Shown: one piece after another, positions 17,472-26,348 of the stretch
How positions within the stretch are numbered: position 1 is the stretch's first letter
Layout of the letters: every line of letters starts with the position of its first letter
Virus record (IMG/VR): IMGVR_UViG_3300032212_000034
Span: 1 to 43,623 of that record
DNA length: 43,623 bases
Strand: one strand, 5' to 3'
Origin: a virus
Taxonomy: Duplodnaviria > Caudoviricetes
Made by a program: the position numbers and the translations under genes
Notes under the pieces: generated by a model
What the model was told of the DNA's origin: nothing
What the model saw: only the letters and a program-made list of their open reading frames with translations
Databases searched by the model: none

Positions 17472-19061
17472 ATGGCAAAAAAGAAGACTTCCACCAATAA
17501 GGCAACCAGAAAGCGGCGGCCAGCGAATCACAAAGAGGCAATCGCTGCCGTCGAAGCAACAACGGCAGTTGAGGAAAAGGGCGATCCTGACATTGACGAC
17601 CAGGCCGACGCGGCGGAGCTCCCCGAGGCAGATTCGGAGCTCGGGAATTCAGTCGCTGATCTTTCCAAGCCCAACGAAGCGGCAAAGGTCGCTATGGAAC
17701 AGGCCGGGATCGAGCCTATCGAGCCTCTTCCAGAGCCAAATATTTCCAAGGAAGACGAAATCGACGCCCAGGACTCTGACACTTACAAGGCCGCTTTCTC
17801 CGCTGTCGTCAATTCTCAAGGCCGCGAAATGAACGCCAGCGAACGATCTGCCATGAAAGAAAGAGCGGAGTTTTTGAAGCTTCACCCAACCAGGACCAGG
17901 TCGGACGAGCCAAGGGGTCAACTGGACAAGCCAGTCCTCGACACGCTGGCGGAGCAACCTTACCAAGTCAAACCCAAAAAGAAGCAAGTGAAGCTCGTTG
18001 ACCGCCCCTGGGTGAACCTCAGTGACTTTCCAGAGGAATCACCGTTGAGCTTGGAAAGTATCAAGAGGGCGGCGGCGGCCCAGGGCTTTCTGGATAACCT
18101 GGAAATCCAGGAGAAAGACGGCGTCAAGAGATTCAGAGCAAAGCCTGAAGCCGACGAGATTCCTATCTATCAATTGCTCCGCCATGCTTGTTTGATCCAA
18201 GGCATTGAAGTTCCTGAAGACCGCGATCAACAACCAGTCGAGGAGGTGGCTGCTCGCGGTCCAGAGGACGGCTTTGCGGCTTTCACCAAATACAACGGGC
18301 TTCTCTATGAAGAGCCTGGAATCAGCGTTTACGGCTTCGAGAACGCCTCCAAGGAACATTCACAGAGACGCCTTTGCGCGATCCCTAGAATTGGGGCTGC
18401 GTTTGGCTTCGTTGGTTCTGGACGGGTCAGAATTAAGAGCGATTGCTTTCCTGACAAAGTGGTCAACGCCCGCGAGTATTTCTGTCTCCCTGACGGCGGC
18501 CTGGTCGAGCTTCTTGAACTGGGATCGAGGGTCTTGATCGTTTCCGTCGAGGGCTTTCTGGGAATGGGCAATGTCGGAGGACCGATTGAGTCTGCAGGAC
18601 GCCTTCCCTATATCGACGGCTGCTCTGACTCGGTCCTTATCGCGCCGCCTGTTGTCGGTGATCCAGTCTTGAACTTGCTTCATTTCCCTCCTGAAATCGA
18701 GCAGACTTTTCACACTCACCCCAGCCTCAGAGCTGGCTTTGTTGCTCGCGGCCAGGGCGTTTGTGAACACTACGAAGACGACGGACACAAAGAAAGCGAT
18801 CCAGAAAACCCTCTGAGGGAACCTCTCAAGATCGGCTCATTGTTTGTGATCCCTGCCGAAGCATGGCACAGATTCATGACTGAAAACCTTCGTATGGACG
18901 TCGTCGCGTTTCACCCTGACTCAGACCAGGGGCCGTCTCGCGAAGATCACCCCATGTTTAATCGAACGCTCGTGAACGGCGAGAAACTGGATCACAAAGA
19001 TCCAAAACACGACGCTATCGAGTTGGTTTCTGGGAAACTGGAAGCAAAAAAGGGGAGTTAA
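17472..19061 (+). CDS. Cupin-domain protein with long charged N-terminal extension
   Basis: C-terminal YIDGCSDS...LNLLHFPP..QTFHTHPS.R.G.V..G.G...IP...WHRF.T...DVVAFHPDSD.GP...HPM.NRT with metal-binding His pattern. Confidence 0.75.
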   Translation: MAKKKTSTNKATRKRRPANHKEAIAAVEATTAVEEKGDPDIDDQADAAELPEADSELGNSVADLSKPNEAAKVAMEQAGIEPIEPLPEPNISKEDEIDAQDSDTYKAAFSAVVNSQGREMNASERSAMKERAEFLKLHPTRTRSDEPRGQLDKPVLDTLAEQPYQVKPKKKQVKLVDRPWVNLSDFPEESPLSLESIKRAAAAQGFLDNLEIQEKDGVKRFRAKPEADEIPIYQLLRHACLIQGIEVPEDRDQQPVEEVAARGPEDGFAAFTKYNGLLYEEPGISVYGFENASKEHSQRRLCAIPRIGAAFGFVGSGRVRIKSDCFPDKVVNAREYFCLPDGGLVELLELGSRVLIVSVEGFLGMGNVGGPIESAGRLPYIDGCSDSVLIAPPVVGDPVLNLLHFPPEIEQTFHTHPSLRAGFVARGQGVCEHYEDDGHKESDPENPLREPLKIGSLFVIPAEAWHRFMTENLRMDVVAFHPDSDQGPSREDHPMFNRTLVNGEKLDHKDPKHDAIELVSGKLEAKKGS

Positions 19062-19064
19062 GCA

Positions 19065-20213
19065 ATGAACGGACGCAAGCAAAGACGCCACGGAGACATG
19101 CGAAAACTGAGCGAGAACGTCTTTGAAATGGCAAAGGCTCGCGTCCGTCACGCGATTGAAACTGCCGACGATTTCGTAGTTATGTTCAGCGGCGGCAAAG
19201 ACTCAACCGCCGTCTTGAACGTCACTCTCGAGGTAGCCAGGGAAATGAAACGCGGGCCGGTCAAGGTCTTTTTTGGAGACGAGGAAGCGATATCGCCTGA
19301 CACAGTGGACTACGTCCGCCGCGTTTACAACCGCCCAGACGTTGAAATGTTTTGGTGCTGCGTTCCAACCAAACACCGAAACGCTTGCTCTCGCCGCCTC
19401 CCTTGGTGGTATGCCTGGGCTCCCGAGGACGAGGATAAATGGTGCAGACCACTGCCGCCTGAGTCAATGAATCACAACCACTTCCCAGACGTTCCGCGAA
19501 CTGCTTACAACGACCAGCTCGGTTATTACTTCCCAGCTGAAAAGCATGGAACGATCTCAATTCTTTTCGGGCGTCGGACCCAGGAAAGCCTGATTCGTTA
19601 TCGCATGATCACAGCCAAGAGAGGCTTTGAGGCTTTCATTCGAGCCGATAACACCTGGAAGCATATCTATCGCTGCGATCCAATTTATGACTGGAAGACA
19701 GAAGACGTTTGGATTGGACCTCTTGAACACGGCTGGGATTACAACAGAACCTACGATCTATTTCACCGTGTTGGAGTCCCGGTTGTGAACCAACGCGTCA
19801 CTCCCCCGTTTGGCGAGGAACCGTCAGCGAATCTCTGGTTTTGGAAGAAACTGTATCCAGACCTTTGGGACAAAATGCAAAGCCGTGTCCCTGGAGCTGA
19901 CTGCGCCGCGAGGTATTCCAACTCGGCGTTGTATGCCAAACGCGATCGTAGTTGTGTCATGCCCAGGGAAGGCGAAACCTGGCGCGATTACATTCGAGGC
20001 CTTATCATGCAATGGCCGAATAAAGAGAGGGCTTATATCTCGGACAATATCCGGAGGCTTCTCAAGTATCACTCTGACACTAGGCCAGGGGTTCCGATTC
20101 CCGACATTGAACCAGATCCGAAAACCATGATCTCCTGGCAAAGATTAGCTATGATTGCTTTTCGCGGCATGTTAAAAGGTAGAACGTTAAGCCAGTATTT
20201 TAGCCAAAAGTAG
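19065..20213 (+). CDS. IbrA/YbdN-like PAPS-reductase-family (PP-loop) protein
   Basis: FSGGKDSTAVL, GRRTQESLIR, PIYDWKTEDVW, YNRTYD, QRVTPPFGEE. Confidence 0.85.
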   Translation: MNGRKQRRHGDMRKLSENVFEMAKARVRHAIETADDFVVMFSGGKDSTAVLNVTLEVAREMKRGPVKVFFGDEEAISPDTVDYVRRVYNRPDVEMFWCCVPTKHRNACSRRLPWWYAWAPEDEDKWCRPLPPESMNHNHFPDVPRTAYNDQLGYYFPAEKHGTISILFGRRTQESLIRYRMITAKRGFEAFIRADNTWKHIYRCDPIYDWKTEDVWIGPLEHGWDYNRTYDLFHRVGVPVVNQRVTPPFGEEPSANLWFWKKLYPDLWDKMQSRVPGADCAARYSNSALYAKRDRSCVMPREGETWRDYIRGLIMQWPNKERAYISDNIRRLLKYHSDTRPGVPIPDIEPDPKTMISWQRLAMIAFRGMLKGRTLSQYFSQK

Positions 20214-20221
20214 AGGGCGAA

Positions 20222-20749
20222 ATGACAAGACAACAACGGACAGATTTATCAATCAGCATTTCGAGCCTGGTCCAGCAGCTTTTGGGCGCTCAGGCTCCGG
20301 TTCAAGGGCGGCCTGATTTCCGCTTCGAGGCTCTCATTGAGGACGGCCTGGGAGAAGGCAAAGGCAACGTCGTCATGGATTTCTCCGAGACGCTCGCAGA
20401 CGCTGCCATTCGCGACGTTGACGTTCACGACTTTGCAAACACAAACGTCGGCCAGGGACTCGGCAAGGATTCACTAGGTCAAGCCGTTGCGCTTTCTGGC
20501 GTCATTCTTCTCGCGATCCGCAACAAGTCAAACACTGGCGTTTTGCTTGTCGGTGGTAAGGGCGGAGCGACTGCTTGGATTTCTCCGTTCAATGCGAACG
20601 TCGACGAGAACAAGGTTCAGCCAGGTGGGATCATGCTTCTTTACGCTGGCGGCTTGCGTTACCCAGTCGTTGACACCACGAACCACATTCTGCAGCTCGA
20701 AGCGAGCGGCGGCGAAGTCGATTTCGATTTCTTCCTGATCGGAAACTGA
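20222..20749 (+). CDS. Probable virion structural protein (beta-rich)
   Basis: DSLGQAVALSGVILLAIRN...LLVGG....W.SPF...LQLEASGGEVDF resembles, from memory, proteins of planctomycete prophages. Confidence 0.5.
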   Translation: MTRQQRTDLSISISSLVQQLLGAQAPVQGRPDFRFEALIEDGLGEGKGNVVMDFSETLADAAIRDVDVHDFANTNVGQGLGKDSLGQAVALSGVILLAIRNKSNTGVLLVGGKGGATAWISPFNANVDENKVQPGGIMLLYAGGLRYPVVDTTNHILQLEASGGEVDFDFFLIGN

Positions 20750-20784
20750 TCAAAAACTCATTCAATTCCACCTCCAAAAATCTG

Positions 20785-20823
20785 CGGCGGCCTCTGTTTG
20801 GGGGCCGCCGATCTTTTTTTTTC
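20785..20823 (+). terminator. Intrinsic terminator
   Basis: CGGCGGCCTC/GGGGCCGCCG stem followed by a long T run. Confidence 0.7.
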
Positions 20824-20837
20824 ATGAAAGGCTCACC

Positions 20838-21383
20838 ATGAAGAGAACAAAGAAACCCCGCGAAAAGATCGCGTTGACTCCGATCGCAAAGCTCAAGTGG
20901 CGTTTTGTCCACGAGCTGACCGCGAACGACTACAACCCGAATCACGTCAACCCCTTGGAGTTCAAGCTCCTCCGTCAGTCCCTGATCGTTTGCGTTTGGA
21001 CCATGCCGATTCTCTTGTCAAAAGACGAGACTACGATCGTTGACGGCTTTCACCGTCACCACTTGACCAAGACCGACAAGGAGGTTTTCGATTTAACTGA
21101 CGGCTGGGTTCCGACAGTGATTCTTGACCTCACCGAAGATCAATACATTTGCTCGACAGTCAGGCACAACAGGGCGCGAGGGAACCACGGAATTAAGCCT
21201 ATGGGCGATATCGTGAGGAAACTCATTGACCGATTCAACTATTCGAAGAGCGACGTTGAGCGGGAGCTGGGTATGCAACTCGAAGAGGTCGAGCGTCTTT
21301 ACGATCACCGAGGCTCCGCTCAAATCAGAGCTGAAGGCAAGTCTTTCGGCCAGGCCTGGGTTCCCACAGACAAAGGAACTTGA
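20838..21383 (+). CDS. IbrB/YbdM-like ParB/Srx-domain protein
   Basis: ANDYNPN, MPIL, IVDGFHR, STVRHNRARGNH, ELGMQLEEVERL. Confidence 0.85.
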   Translation: MKRTKKPREKIALTPIAKLKWRFVHELTANDYNPNHVNPLEFKLLRQSLIVCVWTMPILLSKDETTIVDGFHRHHLTKTDKEVFDLTDGWVPTVILDLTEDQYICSTVRHNRARGNHGIKPMGDIVRKLIDRFNYSKSDVERELGMQLEEVERLYDHRGSAQIRAEGKSFGQAWVPTDKGT

Positions 21384-21494
21384 TCAAAGCTCCACTTTGA
21401 CACTGGAAACCTTTGCGTTTGTCCACTACTCTGAATGAAAGAAAACGGGATCTTCATTCTTTCTCTAGTTGGACACTGGACAAGGAGGTTTCCA

Positions 21495-21938
21495 ATGCCA
21501 ATCAAACCAGAAAACAAGCCGAGATATCCGAGCAACTGGAAAGAGATCTCCAAGAAGGTCAGGTCAGAGGCCGGTCAGTGCTGCGAATGGTGCAGCGCTC
21601 GAAATGGAACCTGGATATCAAGAAAGATCTCAAACCCAGGTCGCTTCGTTTACTCTCGCAAGGGCTTCATGGGAGATAGAGCTTGGCGTCGTGCTATTCG
21701 CGTCGTCTTGACTGTCGCCCACATGAACCACACGCCCGAGGACTGCCGCCTCGAAAACCTTCGCGCATTATGCCAGCGCTGCCACTTGTCTTATGACGTT
21801 CGCTCCGCTGTCCGCGCAAGGCAAAGAACAACGAAAACTATCGAGCGTCAACGAGCTGCTCAACGTTCGCGTTCCAGGTCAAGGCGAGAGAGCTCTAACC
21901 GAGTCTTTCAGATCGACGAGCAGCTCACATTATTCTGA
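21495..21938 (+). CDS. HNH-family endonuclease
   Basis: RYPSNW...CEWC...VVLTVAHMNH.PE....NLRALCQRCH; AAGGAGG SD before ATG 21495. Confidence 0.8.
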   Translation: MPIKPENKPRYPSNWKEISKKVRSEAGQCCEWCSARNGTWISRKISNPGRFVYSRKGFMGDRAWRRAIRVVLTVAHMNHTPEDCRLENLRALCQRCHLSYDVRSAVRARQRTTKTIERQRAAQRSRSRSRRESSNRVFQIDEQLTLF

Positions 21939-21945
21939 GGTTGAT

Positions 21946-22635
21946 ATGTCTGGAGCCTTTGGTTTCATTTCAACAGGCGGCTTTGCTGATCCTGAGTTTC
22001 TGACTTTAATCGCAAAGCTCGCCTCCGTCCAGGGTCCTGACCAGTGGGGGATTTCGTGGAAGAAAGAGAGGCTCGCCGCCTTCAATTCCTTGAAACGCAA
22101 CGGTTCGCTCAGATCACGACTTTTGCATCCCAATCTTAAAATACCGCTCCCGTTCACTGATCAGAGTCAAGTTCTGCTCATGGTCGGCCACTGCCGTCTT
22201 GCAGCTCCAAGAACAACCGACGACCTTCTTTTCATTCAACCAACCACAGACAACAAGCAAACCACAGCGATCGTTCACAAAGGCTCCGTCGAGTCCCATG
22301 AAGTGATCCGAGACGCTTATGATTTCCCTTTTCACCCGCTCGACTCTCAAGTCTTCCTGGAGCTTATTCAAGGCTGTCCAGTCTTCAGGTTCTCTCAAAA
22401 GTGTATGTCTGCCCTTATGACGACAAAAAGCTCGCCCTGCTTCTTACTCGCCGCCGACAAGCGCTCACTCTTCGCTTTCAGGGACAATGAACCAATCTGG
22501 AGGATTGATCGACCCGAGGGAGTATACCTCTGTTCCCATAAAGCAACGGATTCAGCGAGGTTGCTTGAAGAAAGACGCCCGCTTTATCTCACCCTACCCA
22601 GGAACCTTGAAAGTAAAGATCCGAGGAAACAATGA
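21946..22635 (+). CDS. Class II (Ntn) glutamine amidotransferase-like protein with degenerate active site
   Basis: MSGAFG, QGPDQWG, GHCRLA, QP, VHKG and DSQ correspond to canonical MCGIFG, RGPD..G, GH.R.A, QP, HNG and DSE. Confidence 0.7.
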   Translation: MSGAFGFISTGGFADPEFLTLIAKLASVQGPDQWGISWKKERLAAFNSLKRNGSLRSRLLHPNLKIPLPFTDQSQVLLMVGHCRLAAPRTTDDLLFIQPTTDNKQTTAIVHKGSVESHEVIRDAYDFPFHPLDSQVFLELIQGCPVFRFSQKCMSALMTTKSSPCFLLAADKRSLFAFRDNEPIWRIDRPEGVYLCSHKATDSARLLEERRPLYLTLPRNLESKDPRKQ

Positions 22636-23276
22636 AATCAGAAACTATCTGGGACCAACTCGAAAAGGAAACACCGCTCGCTTACGAGGCTTTCTGTTCT
22701 TATCTTGCTTTGGGACCAGGTCGGACTCTCAAAGCGGCAGCCGAAAACCTGCATGGCGACGACTCGACGAAACGCTCCCGATCATTCTCTCGTTGGTCCT
22801 CACAAAATAATTGGGTCAATCGTGCGCGAGCCTGGGATCGTGCTATGGCCAGGGAAAAGCACCAAGAAGCTCTAAAAGAAAGGCGGCGGCAAGGTCGCAA
22901 AATGGCCGATCGACATGCCAACAACATTCAGGGCCTCATGGGCGTTTTGCTTGAACCTGCCAAAATTCTTGCTGACAAACTTGGAGACAAGAAGGAGCAA
23001 GACAAGCTCAAGAAGCTGAGTCCGAAAGTTCTTGTCTCCCTTGCGATCGGAACTGGGAAGGTTATGCCAGGACTGCTCAAGGCCGAGCGTCTTTCTCGCG
23101 GTGTCGACGACCTGGACGGTGACGGATTGACGGTTGAGGAATTCGCTTTGCTCGTTGAGGAAATCACTGCCTGGGCTATGGACTACGTCCCGAGAAATAA
23201 AATGCGACTGGCAAAGAGAGATTTCTTTCGTATCCTGAGGAGGTATGGCGTTCGCGAGTCGGACGCTGTCCAATAA
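22632..23276 (+). CDS. Putative terminase small subunit
   Basis: WDQ...ET..AYEAF..YL.LG..RTL...RWS....WV.RA.AWD HTH pattern; upstream of TerL. Confidence 0.65.
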   Translation: MKSETIWDQLEKETPLAYEAFCSYLALGPGRTLKAAAENLHGDDSTKRSRSFSRWSSQNNWVNRARAWDRAMAREKHQEALKERRRQGRKMADRHANNIQGLMGVLLEPAKILADKLGDKKEQDKLKKLSPKVLVSLAIGTGKVMPGLLKAERLSRGVDDLDGDGLTVEEFALLVEEITAWAMDYVPRNKMRLAKRDFFRILRRYGVRESDAVQ

Positions 23277-23301
23277 ATGACTCACTGCGAAAGGTCAACC
23301 A

Positions 23302-23835
23302 ATGAAGCCCGAAACATGCTCCAGACGATCTTGTCGAATCGAAATCTCTGGCAACAGATATCGCTGGCGGCACACCCAAACAGACCGGCTCTATTGCCAG
23401 AGCTGCGCGTTCCGTATCAACAAAGCGAACAAGGAGGACCTGGTTATTCGCGAGGCGGTCACTCAAGACGCCAAAGAAGAGGCCGAGGTCAAAGAGACTT
23501 ACACCGTCGAACAAAGGCTTGCCGTGTTTCTATCTGGCTTGAGGAACCTGGAGCTTGCAACCGGGATCGAGCTGAACAAGAGCGATCAGTGTCACCTGGC
23601 GATCGACGCAGCTACTGGACCAGTTGGTCCCAAAAAGCAATGGATAGTTTTCCGATTCGGCTGGCACAAAGAAGAGAACGCATACAAGGTCAACCCAGGA
23701 TATCTTGAAAGCCAGGGAGGCGAAGCCAAGAAGGCGGCAGCCAGGGAAAAGAGAAAGGCTTTTATTAAGAAACACGCTCGACCTCGCAAGCTTGCAAAGC
23801 CAAACAAGCCAAGCAAGTCAAAGGCGAAGAAATGA
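23302..23835 (+). CDS. Hypothetical protein with N-terminal zinc finger and basic tail
   Basis: CSRRSC...YCQSC; Lys-rich C-terminus. Confidence 0.55.
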   Translation: MKPETCSRRSCRIEISGNRYRWRHTQTDRLYCQSCAFRINKANKEDLVIREAVTQDAKEEAEVKETYTVEQRLAVFLSGLRNLELATGIELNKSDQCHLAIDAATGPVGPKKQWIVFRFGWHKEENAYKVNPGYLESQGGEAKKAAAREKRKAFIKKHARPRKLAKPNKPSKSKAKK

Positions 23836-23842
23836 GGTCGAG

Positions 23843-24109
23843 GTGATTCCTGATACCTGCGACAGCTGCTTCAAAACCTTCGATAAATTGACACTTTGCG
23901 GAACCTTTTCCGACGACGAATTGAGAGTGATCCAAGACGACGAAGACCCAGACCGCTTCGATACTGTCTGGGACTTGTGCGAGGATTGCGTTGAGGATCT
24001 GATTTATGCTGAACAAGAGAAAAGCTCACCTGGGAAAGAAGCGCAGTCGAGCTTGGAAGAATTGCCAGCCATGTCGAGGAAAGGGCAAAGTGATCCAGAA
24101 GGGATCTAG
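23843..24109 (+). CDS. Small acidic zinc-finger protein
   Basis: GAGG then GTG 23843; CDSC...CEDC. Confidence 0.5.
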   Translation: MIPDTCDSCFKTFDKLTLCGTFSDDELRVIQDDEDPDRFDTVWDLCEDCVEDLIYAEQEKSSPGKEAQSSLEELPAMSRKGQSDPEGI

Positions 24110-24173
24110 CTGGTTTCAACGAATGACGATCTGCACTCGGTGCAAAGGACGCGGCAAACTTAAACACGCTTGA
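24006..24173 (+). CDS. 55-aa DnaJ-type zinc-finger microprotein (not in ORF track)
   Basis: MLNKRKAHLGKKRSRAWKNCQPCRGKGKVIQKGSSWFQRMTICTRCKGRGKLKHA; two CxxCxGxG repeats. Confidence 0.7.
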   Translation: MLNKRKAHLGKKRSRAWKNCQPCRGKGKVIQKGSSWFQRMTICTRCKGRGKLKHA

Positions 24174-24274
24174 GATACAATCTAGGTCCGCTCGAGGCGA
24201 GCAGCTCGACTTCATTCAGCCCAGCAATTGTCAGCTTTTTGCCAAAACCCATATTTCGATAGTTTGTTGCAGAC

Positions 24275-25903
24275 ATGGCGCGAAAGAAGAAACGAAACAA
24301 AGCGGCGGCAACTGTCGAGGAGACGCTCTCCAGGGCAGAGAGGGCTTGGGATAGGCGCATTGACTGCGACGGAGAGCTTGATCAGAGTATCCTGGAGTGG
24401 GGAAAAGAATACTTCCCGGATTACTTTACAAGCCCAGAGAACGTCGTTCATACCTGGCTTGACGACTCGGCCTTAATGCCATTGAGGTTTTCATACAAGG
24501 AACGAGAGGACGACTACAAGCTCTGTCTTATCGCTCCCCGTGGAGCTGCCAAGTCGACCGTGATTTCCTTCCTGTTGGTTCTTTGGTCAATCGTTCACGA
24601 AACAGAGGGCTATATCCTTGTTTGCTCGAACACCATTGACCAGGCCCAGGGCTTTGTCGAGTCGGTGAAGAAAGAACTGGACGAGAACGAGGAGCTGGCC
24701 GAGGACTATCCCTGGGCTTGCGGTCGCGGCGAGACTTGGTCAAAGCGTCAGATTGTTTCGAAGAATGGAATCACGGTGAAAGCTGTCGGTTCAGCTGGCG
24801 CGATCCGAGGAACCAAAAAGGGAGCTGTCAGGCCGTCTTTGGTCATTATGGACGACCCTGAAGGCGACAAACACAAGTGGTCTGAGGTCGAGCGAAAGAA
24901 GGTCAAGAGCTGGGTCAAAGAAACGATCATGCCGATCGGAAACCCTGGGACAGCCTTTCTTGTAGCTGGAACGACAATACACGAGGACGGCCTGGTAAAC
25001 ACTCTTCACGAACACGGCAACGGCTGGGTGACGAAGAAATTCCGAGCGATCAAATCCTGGCCGACTCACATGAAGCTTTGGGAAACCTGGGAGCGTATTT
25101 ACACCGACCACTCGAAGCCAGACCGAGAGCGGCAAGCCCAAGCTTTTTACGAACAACACGAAAAGACCATGCTGAAGGGCTTCGAGTCCTATTGGCCTGA
25201 ACGATTCAGCCCGCTTCGCTTAATGAAGATTAGAGTGGACCAGGGATACGGCAGCTTCAACCAGGAATACCAAAACGAGGCGACCTCAGCTGACGCAGTC
25301 TTCGACCCTCGATACTTCGGAGAATGGTTGTTCGCGAACCAGTTCCCAGAAGAAATGATCTGGAAGACAATGACCTGCGATCCTTCGCTTGGAGAGACCG
25401 ACGACGAGAACGATTATTCAGCTATCGTTAAGCTTGGAGTTTGCACTCAAAAGCTGTTCTGGATTGAGATTGACATGAAGCGGCGGCGAGTGAACGAATT
25501 GATCAACGACATGATCGAGCGTTATATCGAGTTCCGCCCTGAGCTTTTCGGAGTCGAAGGGAACGGCTTTCAAAAGCTCCTCTTCCCATTGCTGAAGCGT
25601 CGGCTCAAGGAACTTAATTTTGCGCGTCGTAAAGAGAGAAAACCTATCCTCGATATCCCCTTCGTCGAGATCACCAACAGCGACAGCAAGAAGGCGAGAA
25701 TCAGAAGTCTTGAGCCCAAGCTGTCGACCAGGCGGATAAGAATTGTCCAGAATCCTGACAGTTTTTTGTTGACCTCTCAGCTCAAGAGATTTCCAAAGGG
25801 TCACGACGACGGACCCGACGCCGTTGAAATGGCGATTAGGCTGGCAGTCTTGCTTTCTCATGGTAAGGTTAAGCGGAAGAAAAAGAGGACCAGAATAGCT
25901 TGA
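24275..25903 (+). CDS. terL: Terminase large subunit
   Basis: Walker A APRGAAKST, Walker B LVIMDDPE, FNQEYQN, CDPS, C-terminal HDDGPDA nuclease motif. Confidence 0.95.
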   Translation: MARKKKRNKAAATVEETLSRAERAWDRRIDCDGELDQSILEWGKEYFPDYFTSPENVVHTWLDDSALMPLRFSYKEREDDYKLCLIAPRGAAKSTVISFLLVLWSIVHETEGYILVCSNTIDQAQGFVESVKKELDENEELAEDYPWACGRGETWSKRQIVSKNGITVKAVGSAGAIRGTKKGAVRPSLVIMDDPEGDKHKWSEVERKKVKSWVKETIMPIGNPGTAFLVAGTTIHEDGLVNTLHEHGNGWVTKKFRAIKSWPTHMKLWETWERIYTDHSKPDRERQAQAFYEQHEKTMLKGFESYWPERFSPLRLMKIRVDQGYGSFNQEYQNEATSADAVFDPRYFGEWLFANQFPEEMIWKTMTCDPSLGETDDENDYSAIVKLGVCTQKLFWIEIDMKRRRVNELINDMIERYIEFRPELFGVEGNGFQKLLFPLLKRRLKELNFARRKERKPILDIPFVEITNSDSKKARIRSLEPKLSTRRIRIVQNPDSFLLTSQLKRFPKGHDDGPDAVEMAIRLAVLLSHGKVKRKKKRTRIA

Positions 25904-25911
25904 GGTGAAAC

Positions 25912-26346
25912 GTGACGATCGAAAGCACTCTGCAAAAAAAAGGGGCAGTCAAAGAGTCCGAGATAAGCGATCTCGTCGAGTTCTTGGTTGTTCCTGACAA
26001 CTCTGAAAAGATCGCTCCCGCCTTCCAAGCGAGCGACAATAAAAGCTTGCAGGTTGCTCTAAGAATCGACTGGGGCTCTGCAACCGAACTGATCTTGAAA
26101 TCAAAAAGCCTTGTCCAGCTTGCCCCAAACGAATGGGGAGAAATGGTTTCTCTGGAAGACGACGGAACCAACCTGGTAGCAAAGCGGCGGCCCATTCAGA
26201 TCACTCCCGCCGAGCTGCCTCAAGGTCAGTGGTATGTCTTGCCCTCGCTCGTCGTTCGCAACAAGCACGGGCTTCAATTCACCTACCAATTCGACGCGGT
26301 CAACGCTTCCACTAAATTCGGCCTGAGAATTATCGGAGGCTTTTGA
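25912..26346 (+). CDS. Hypothetical (probable structural) protein
   Basis: GAGGTG SD before GTG; beta-rich. Confidence 0.55.
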   Translation: MTIESTLQKKGAVKESEISDLVEFLVVPDNSEKIAPAFQASDNKSLQVALRIDWGSATELILKSKSLVQLAPNEWGEMVSLEDDGTNLVAKRRPIQITPAELPQGQWYVLPSLVVRNKHGLQFTYQFDAVNASTKFGLRIIGGF

Positions 26347-26348
26347 CC

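Noticed and set aside
19065-20213. cysH auxiliary metabolic gene for sulfate assimilation
   Set aside because: Motifs and the IbrB-like partner indicate the IbrA/YbdN subfamily; the C-terminal ECGLH motif of true PAPS/APS reductases is absent.
16777-21383. ParABS plasmid-prophage partition system
   Set aside because: Both ParB-like proteins match modification-associated or IbrB types, and no ParA ATPase is adjacent.
16777-22635. 7-deazaguanine (dpdA/que) pathway
   Set aside because: No FolE, QueD, QueE, QueC (SGGxDS with a C-terminal zinc cluster) or TGT-like DpdA recognised.
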